In this document: in pieces, positions 55,238-64,000 of the stretch
Numbering within the stretch: position 1 is the first letter of the stretch
How the letters are laid out: each line of letters begins with the position of its first letter
Origin: Yuukianura sp. NJ FZ-2021
Taxonomy: Eukaryota
Reading direction: 5' to 3'
Assembly: GCA_046563655.1 (NCBI GenBank)
Contig: JAJCTO010000013.1
Location: 310,001-374,000, forward strand
Length of the DNA: 64,000 bases
Notes under the pieces: model-generated
Databases searched by the model: none
Told to the model about the DNA's origin: nothing
What the model saw: only the letters and a program-made list of their open reading frames with translations
Translations under genes and position numbers: made by a program

Positions 55238-58200
55238 TTACAGGATGTGAGGCTTCACAAGAACCCCCTTTCGGTTCGCCGATGTTAGACTTGCTTGTAG
55301 CTTTGGAAACTTGATGAGTCCGCTAACGCAAACTACAACATATATTTCTGCGAGAAAAATCTATTCGCTTTTATTCTGCTGTTACGATTATGCATTGTTC
55401 CAGGCGTATAAGAACATTATTCTGCCGTTGGCCGAAGTATTGGAGCTGAAATTTTAGTAGCAGCTTGACTTCAATTTTGCAGGATGTGAGGCTTCACAAG
55501 AACCCCCTTTCGGTTCGACGATGCTAGACTTGTTTGTAGCTTTGGAAACTTGATGAGTCAGCAGCCAACGCAAATTACAACATATATTTCTGCGAGAAAA
55601 ATCTATTCGCTTTAATTCTGCTGTTACGATTATGCATTGTAACAGGCGTATAAGAACATTATTCTGCCGTTGGCCGAAGTATTGGAGCTGAAATTTTAGT
55701 AGCAGCTTGACTTCAATTTTGAATGATGTGAGGCTTCACAAGAACACCATGTCGGGGCGACGATGCTTGACTTGCTTGTAGCTTTGGAAACTTGATGAGG
55801 CCACCAACGCAGACTGGAACAAATATTTCTGCGATAAAAATCTATTCGCTTTAATTCTGCTGTTACGATTATGCATTGTTCCAGGCGTATAAGAACATTA
55901 TTCTGCCGTTGGCCGAAGTATTGGAGCTGAAATTTTAGTAGCAGCTTGACTTCAATTTTGCATGATGTGAGGCTTCACAAGAACACCATGTCGGGGCGAC
56001 GATGCTTGACTTGCTTGTAGCTTTGGAAACTTGATGAGTCCGCCAACGCAGACTGGAACAAATATTTCTGCGATAAAAATCTATTCGCTTTAATTCTGCT
56101 GTTACGATTATGCATTGTTCAAGGCGTATAAGAACATTATTCTGCCGTTGGCCGAAGTATTGGAGCTGAAATTTTAGTAGCAGCTTGACTTCAATTTTGC
56201 AGGATGTGAGGCTTCACAAGAACCCCCATTCGGTTCGCCGATGTTAGACTTGCTTGTAGCTTTGGAAACTTGATGAGTCAGCACCCAACGCAAACTACAA
56301 CAAATATTTCTGTGAGAAAAATCTATTCGCTTTAATCCTGCTGTTACGATTATGCATTGTTCCAGGCGTATAAGAACATTATTCTGCCGTTGGCCGAAGT
56401 ATTGGAGCTGAAATTTTAGTAGCAGCTTGACTTCAATTTTGCAGGGTGTGAGGCTTCACAAGAACCCCATTTCGGCTCGCCGATGTTAGACTTGCTTGTA
56501 GCTTTGGAAACTTGATGAGTCCGCCAACGCAAACTACAACATATATTTCTGTGAGAAAAATCTAATTGCTTTAATCCTGCTGTTACGATTATGCATTGTT
56601 CCAGGCGTATAAGAACATTTTTCTGCCGTTGGCCGAAGTATTGGAGCTGAAATTTTAGTAGCAGCTTGACTTCAATTTTGCAGGGTGTGAGGCTTCACAA
56701 GAACCCCCTTTCGGTTCGCCGATGTTAGACTTGCTTGTAGCTTTGGAAACTTGATGAGTCAGCACCCAACGCAAACTACAACAAATATTTCTGTGAGAAA
56801 AATCTATTCGCTTTAATCCTGCTGTTACGATTATGCATTGTTCCAGGCGTATAAGAATATTATTCTGCCGTTGGCCGAAGTATTGGAGCTGAAATTTTAG
56901 TAGCAGCTTGACTTCAATTTTGCAGGATGTGAGGCTTCAGAAGAACCCCCTTTCGGTTCGCCGATGTTAGACTTGCTTGTAGCTTTGGAAACTTGATGAG
57001 TCAGCACCCAACGCAAACTACAACAAATATTTCTGTGAGAAAAATCTATTCGCTTTAATCCTGCTGTTACGATTATGCATTGTTCCAGGCGTATAAGAAT
57101 ATTATTGTGCCGTTGGCCGAAGTATTGGAGCTGAAATTTTAGTAGCAGCTTGACTTCAATTTTGCAGGGTGTGAGGCTTCACAAGAACCCACTTTCGGTT
57201 CGCCGATGTTAGACTTGCTTGTAGCTTTGGAAACTTGATGAGTCCGCCAACGCAAACTACAACATATATTTCTGCGAGAAGAATCTATTCGCTTTAATTC
57301 TGCTGTTACGATTATGCATTGTTCAAGGCGTATAAGAACATTATTCTGCCGTTGGCCGAAGTATTGGAGCTGAAATTTTAGTAGCAGCTTGACTTCAATT
57401 TTGCAGGGTGTGAGGCTTCACAAGAACCCACTTTCGGTTCGCCGATGTTAGACTTGCTTGTAGCTTTGGAAACTTGACGAGTCCGCCAACGCAAACTACA
57501 ACATATATTTCTGCAAGAAAAATCTAATTGCTTTAATCCTGCTGTTACGATTGTGCATTGTTCCAGGCGTATAAGAACATTATTCTGCCGTTGGCCGAAG
57601 TATTGGAGCTGAAATTTTAGTAGCAGCTTGACTTCAATTTTGCAGGGTGTGAGGCTTCACAAGAACCCCTTTCGGTTCGCCGATGTTAGACTTGCTTGTA
57701 GCTTTGGAAACTTGATGAGTCCGCCAACGCAGACTGGAACAAATATTTCTGCGATAAAAATCTATTCGCTTTAATCCGGCTGTTACGATTATGCATTGTT
57801 CCAGGCGTATAAGAACATTATTCTGCCGTTGGTCAAAGTATTGGAGCTGAAATTTTAGTAGCTGCTTGACTTCAATTTTGCAGGGTGTGAGGCTTCACAA
57901 GAACCCCCTTTCGGTTCGCCGATGTTAGACTTGCTTGTAGCTTTGGAAACTTGATGAGTCAGCAGCCAACGCAAACTACAACAAATATTTCTGCGAGAAA
58001 CATCTATTCGCTTTAATTCTGCTGTTACGATTATGCATTGTTCCAGGCGTATAAGAACATTATTCTGCCGTTGGCCGAAGTATTGGAGCTGAAATTTTAG
58101 TAGCAGCTTGACTTCAATTTTGCAGGGTGTGAGGCTTCACAAGAACCCCATTTCGGTTCGCCGATGTTAGACTTGCTTGTAGCTTTGGAAACTTGATGAG

Positions 58201-61200
58201 TCCGCCAACGCAAACTACAACATATATTTCTGCGAGAAAAATCTATTCGCTTTTATTCTGCTGTTACGATTATGCATTGTTCCAGGCGTATAAGAACATT
58301 ATTCTGGGGTTGGCCGGACTATTAGAACTGAAATTTAAGTAGCAGCTTGACTTCAATTTTGCAGGGTGTGAGGCTTCACAAGAACCCCCTTTCGGTTCGC
58401 CGATGTTAGACTTGCTTGTAGCTTTGGAAACTTGATGAGTCCGCCAACGCAAACTACAACATATATTTCTGCGAGAAAAATCTATTCGCTTTTATTCTGC
58501 TGTTACGATTATGCATTGTTCCAGGCGTATAAGAACATTATTCTGCCGTTGGCCGAAGTATTGGAGCTGAAATTTTAGTAGCTGCTTGACTTCAATTTTG
58601 CAGGGTGTGAGGCTTCACAAGAACCCCCTTTCGGTTCGCCGATGTTAGACTTGCTTGTAGCGTTGGAAACTTGATGAGTCAGCACCCAACGCAAACTACA
58701 ACAAATATTTCTGTGAGAAAAATCTATTCGCTTTAATCCTGCTGTTACGATTATGCATTGTAACAGGCGTATAAGAACATTATTCTGCCGTTGGCCGAAG
58801 TATTGGAGCTGAAATTTTAGTAGCAGCTTGACTTCAATTTTGAATGATGTGAGGCTTCACAAGAACACCATGTCGGGGCGACGATGCTTGACTTGCTTGT
58901 AGCTTTGGAAACTTGATGAGGCCACCAACGCAGACTGGAACAAATATTTCTGCGATAAAAATCTATTCGCTTTAATTCTGCTGTTACGATTATGCATTGT
59001 TCCAGGCGTATAAGAACATTATTCTGCCGTTGGCCGAAGTATTGGAGCTGAAATTTTAGTAGCAGCTTGACTTCAATTTTGCATGATGTGAGGCTTCACA
59101 AGAACACCATGTCGGGGCGACGATGCTTGACTTGCTTGTAGCTTTGGAAACTTGATGAGGCCACCAACGCAGACTGGAACAAATATTTCTGCGATAAAAA
59201 TCTATTCGCTTTAATTCTGCTGTTACGATTATGCATTGTTCCAGGCGTATAAGAACATTACTTTGCCGTTGGCCGAAGTATTGGAGCTGAAATTTTAGTA
59301 GCAGCTTGACTTCAATTTTGAATGATGTGAGGCTTCACAAGAACCCCCATTCGGTTCGCCGATGTTAGACTTGCTTGTAGCTTTGGAAACTTGATGAGTC
59401 AGCACCCAACGCAAACTACAACAAATATTTCTGTGAGAAAAATCTATTCGCTTTAATCCTGCTGTTACGATTATGCATTGTTCCAGGCGTATAAGAACAT
59501 TATTCTGCCGTTGGCCGAAGTATTGGAGCTGAAATTTTAGTAGCAGCTTGACTTCAATTTTGCAGGGTGTGAGGCTTCACAAGAACCCCCTTTCGGTTCG
59601 CCGATGTTAGACTTGCTTGTAGCTTTGGAAACTTGACGAGTCCGCCAACGCAAACTACAACATATATTTCTGCAAGAAAAATCTAATTGCTTTAATCCTG
59701 CTGTTACGATTATGCATTGTTCCAGGCGTATAAGAACATTTTTCTGCCGTTGGCCGAAGTATTGGAGCTGAAATTTTAGTAGCAGCTTGACTTCAATTTT
59801 GCAGGGTGTGAGGCTTCACAAGAACCCCCTTTCGGTTCGCCGATGTTAGACTTGCTTGTAGCTTTGGAAACTTGATGAGTCAGCACCCAACGCAAACTAC
59901 AACAAATATTTCTGTGAGAAAAATCTATTCGCTTTAATCCTGCTGTTACGATTATGCATTGTTCCAGGCGTATAAGAATATTATTCTGCCGTTGGCCGAA
60001 GTATTGGAGCTGAAATTTTAGTAGCAGCTTGACTTCAATTTTGCAGGATGTGAGGCTTCAGAAGAACCCCTTTCGGTTCGCCGATGTTAGACTTGCTTGT
60101 AGCTTTGGAAACTTGATGAGTCAGCACCCAACGCAAACTACAACAAATATTTCTGTGAGAAAAATCTATTCGCTTTAATCCTGCTGTTACGATTATGCAT
60201 TGTTCCAGGCGTATAAGAATATTATTGTGCCGTTGGCCGAAGTATTGGAGCTGAAATTTTAGTAGCAGCTTGACTTCAATTTTGCAGGGTGTGAGGCTTC
60301 ACAAGAACCCCTTTCGGTTCGCCGATGTTAGACTTGCTTGTAGCTTTGGAAACTTGATGAGTCCGCCAACGCAAACTACAACATATATTTCTGCGAGAAG
60401 AATCTATTCGCTTTAATTCTGCTGTTACGATTATGCATTGTTCAAGGCGTATAAGAACATTATTCTGCCGTTGGCCGAAGTATTGGAGCTGAAATTTTAG
60501 TAGCAGCTTGACTTCAATTTTGCAGGATGTGAGGCTTCAGAAGAACCCCCTTTCGGTTCGCCGATGTTAGACTTGCTTGTAGCTTTGGAAACTTGATGAG
60601 TCAGCACCCAACGCAAACTACAACAAATATTTCTGTGAGAAAAATCTATTCGCTTTAATCCTGCTGTTACGATTATGCATTGTTCCAGGCGTATAAGAAT
60701 ATTATTCTGCCGTTGGCCGAAGTATTGGAGCTGAAATTTTAGTAGCAGCTTGACTTCAATTTTGCAGGGTGTGAGGCTTCACAAGAACCCTCTTTCGGTT
60801 CGCCGATGTTAGACTTGCTTGTAGCTTTGGAAACTTGATGAGTCCGCCAACGCAAACTACAACATATATTTCTGCGAGAAAAATCTATTCGCTTTAATTC
60901 TGCTGTTACGATTATGCATTGTTCCAGGCGTATAAGAACATTATTCTGCCGTTGGCCGAAGTATTGGAGCTGAAATTTTAGTAGCAGCTTGACTTCAATT
61001 TTGCAGGGTGTGAGGCTTCACAAGAACCCTCTTTCGGTTCGCCGATGTTAGACTTGCTTGTAGCTTTGGAAACTTGATGAGTCCGCCAACGCAAACTACA
61101 ACATATATTTCTGCAAGAAAAATCTATTCGCTTTAATCCTGCTGTTACGATTATGCATTGTTCCAGGCGTATAAGAACATTATTCTGCCGTTGGCCGAAG

Positions 61201-64000
61201 TATTGGAGCTGAAATTTTAGTAGCAGCTTGACTTCAATTTTGCAGGGTGTGAGGCTTCACAAGAACCCACTTTCGGTTCGCCGATGTTAGACTTGCTTGT
61301 AGCTTTGGAAACTTGATGAGTCAGCACCCAACGCAAACTACAACAAATATTTCTGTGAGAAAAATCTATTCGCTTTAATCCTGCTGTTACGATTATGCAT
61401 TGTTCCAGGCGTATAAGAATATTATTCTGCCGTTGGCCGAAGTATTGGAGCTGAAATTTTAGTAGCAGCTTGACTTCAATTTTGCAGGATGTGAGGCTTC
61501 AGAAGAACCCCTTTCGGTTCGCCGATGTTAGACTTGCTTGTAGCTTTGGAAACTTGATGAGTCAGCACCCAACGCAAACTACAACAAATATTTCTGTGAG
61601 AAAAATCTATTCGCTTTAATCCTGCTGTTACGATTATGCATTGTTCCAGGCGTATAAGAATATTATTCTGCCGTTGGCCGAAGTATTGGAGCTGAAATTT
61701 TAGTAGCAGCTTGACTTCAATTTTGCAGGATGTGAGGCTTCACAAGAACCCACTTTCGGTTCGCCGATGTTAGACTTGCTTGTAGCTTTGGAAACTTGAT
61801 GAGTCAGCACCCAACGCAAACTACAACAAATATTTCTGTGAGAAAAATCTATTCGCTTTAATCCTGCTGTTACGATTATGCATTGTTCCAGGCGTATAAG
61901 AATATTATTCTGCCGTTGGCCGAAGTATTGGAGCTGAAATTTTAGTAGCAGCTTGACTTCAATTTTGCAGGGTGTGAGGCTTCACAAGAACCCACTTTCG
62001 GTTCGCCGATGTTAGACTTGCTTGTAGCTTTGGAAACTTGATGAGTCAGCACCCAACGCAAACTACAACAAATATTTCTGTGAGAAAAATCTATTCGCTT
62101 TAATCCTGCTGTTACGATTATGCATTGTTCCAGGCGTATAAGAATATTATTCTGCCGTTGGCCGAAGTATTGGAGCTGAAATTTTAGTAGCAGCTTGACT
62201 TCAATTTTGCAGGGTGTGAGGCTTCACAAGAACCCTGTTTCGGTTCGCCGATGTTAGACTTGCTTGTAGCTTTGGAAACTTGATGAGTCAGCACCCAACG
62301 CAAACTACAACAAATATTTCTGTGAGAAAAATCTATTCGCTTTAATCCTGCTGTTACGATTATGCATTGTTCCAGGCGTATAAGAATATTATTCTGCCGT
62401 TGGCCGAAGTATTGGAGCTGAAATTTTAGTAGCAGCTTGACTTCAATTTTGCAGGGTGTGAGGCTTCACAAGAACCCTCTTTCGGTTCGCCGATGTTAGA
62501 CTTGCTTGTAGCTTTGGAAACTTGATGAGTCCGCACCCAACGCAAACTACAACATATATTTCTGCGAGAAAAATCTATTCGCTTTAATTCTGCTGTTACG
62601 ATTATGCATTGTTCCAGGCGTATAAGAACATTATTCTGCCGTTGGCCGAAGTATTGGAGCTGAAATTTTAGTAGCAGCTTGACTTCAATTTTGCAGGGTG
62701 TGAGGCTTCACAAGAACCCCCTTTCGGTTCGCCGATGTTAGACTTGCTTGTAGCTTTGGAAACTTGATGAGTCCGCCAACGCAAACTACAACATATATTT
62801 CTGCGAGAAAAATCTATTCGCTTTAATTCTGCTGTTACGATTATGCATTGTTCCAGGCGTATAAGAACATTATTCTGCCGTTGGCCGAAGTATTGGAGCT
62901 GAAATTTTAGTAGCAGCTTGACTTCAATTTTGCAGGATGTGAGGCTTCAGAAGAACCCCTTTCGGTTCGCCGATGTTAGACTTGCTTGTAGCTTTGGAAA
63001 CTTGATGAGTCAGCACCCAACGCAAACTACAACAAATATTTCTGTGAGAAAAATCTATTCGCTTTAATCCTGCTGTTACGATTATGCATTGTTCCAGGCG
63101 TATAAGAATATTATTGTGCCGTTGGCCGAAGTATTGGAGCTGAAATTTTAGTAGCAGCTTGACTTCAATTTTGCAGGGTGTGAGGCTTCACAAGAACCCC
63201 TTTCGGTTCGCCGATGTTAGACTTGCTTGTAGCTTTGGAAACTTGATGAGTCCGCCAACGCAAACTACAACATATATTTCTGCGAGAAGAATCTATTCGC
63301 TTTAATTCTGCTGTTACGATTATGCATTGTTCAAGGCGTATAAGAACATTATTCTGCCGTTGGCCGAAGTATTGGAGCTGAAATTTTAGTAGCAGCTTGA
63401 CTTCAATTTTGCAGGGTGTGAGGCTTCACAAGAACCCCCTTTCGGTTCGCCGATGTTAGACTTGCTTGTAGCTTTGGAAACTTGATGAGTCCGCCAACGC
63501 AAACTACAACATATATTTCTGTGAGAAAAATCTAATTGCTTTAATCCTGCTGTTACGATTATGCATTGTTCCAGGCGTATAAGAACATTTTTCTGCCGTT
63601 GGCCGAAGTATTGGAGCTGAAATTTTAGTAGCAGCTTGACTTCAATTTTGCAGGGTGTGAGGCTTCACAAGAACCCACTTTCGGTTCGCCGATGTTAGAC
63701 TTGCTTGTAGCTTTGGAAACTTGATGAGTCAGCACCCAACGCAAACTACAACAAATATTTCTGTGAGAAAAATCTATTCGCTTTAATCCTGCTGTTACGA
63801 TTATGCATTGTTCCAGGCGTATAAGAATATTATTCTGCCGTTGGCCGAAGTATTGGAGCTGAAATTTTAGTAGCAGCTTGACTTCAATTTTGCAGGATGT
63901 GAGGCTTCAGAAGAACCCCTTTCGGTTCGCCGATGTTAGACTTGCTTGTAGCTTTGGAAACTTGATGAGTCCGCACCCAACGCAAACTACAACATATATT
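55238..64000. repeat. Second tandem satellite array, ~240-bp monomer (238-241 bp), about 36 copies
   Basis: CAGG(A/G)TGTGAGGCTTCACAAGAACC...GACTTCAATTTTG recurs about every 240 bp to the window end. No visible homology to the 508-bp monomer. Confidence 0.99.

Noticed and set aside
55269..55285. CENP-B box-like TTCG motif
   Set aside because: It lacks the required A and CGGG positions of the NTTCGNNNNANNCGGGN consensus.
55238..64000. 240-bp unit as a 5S rRNA, tRNA, snRNA, spliced-leader or C/D snoRNA tandem gene (TGATGA ... CTGA present)
   Set aside because: No recognisable 5S/tRNA/snRNA sequence or Pol III boxes, and the C/D-like words lack a convincing terminal stem. An Rfam scan would settle it.

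Overview
Eukaryotic satellite DNA window with no credible protein-coding or RNA genes. Positions 1-55237 are a head-to-tail array of roughly 105 copies of a ~508-bp monomer; the repeated 64-aa 'ORF' is a by-product of this. Positions 55238-64000 are an abutting, unrelated array of about 36 copies of a ~240-bp monomer. The 508-bp array is layered: a near-identical core lies between two more diverged flanks that share apparently ancestral variants, and the right flank has a 4-monomer higher-order repeat. Three kinds of insert interrupt it. (i) A 211-bp TG...CA solo-LTR-like element with a 4-bp TSD occurs four times (two full, two deleted copies) at the same monomer position. (ii) A 949-bp TIR element (MITE) with an internal 19-bp TGACGTCA-rich minisatellite sits at the core/right-flank boundary. 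(iii) Pieces of a Helentron/DINE-1-like element at 5.5-8.2 kb are interleaved with satellite in a way that suggests an assembly or polishing chimera. The architecture resembles a (peri)centromeric satellite domain; that is inference. I found no evidence of a new protein-coding system.
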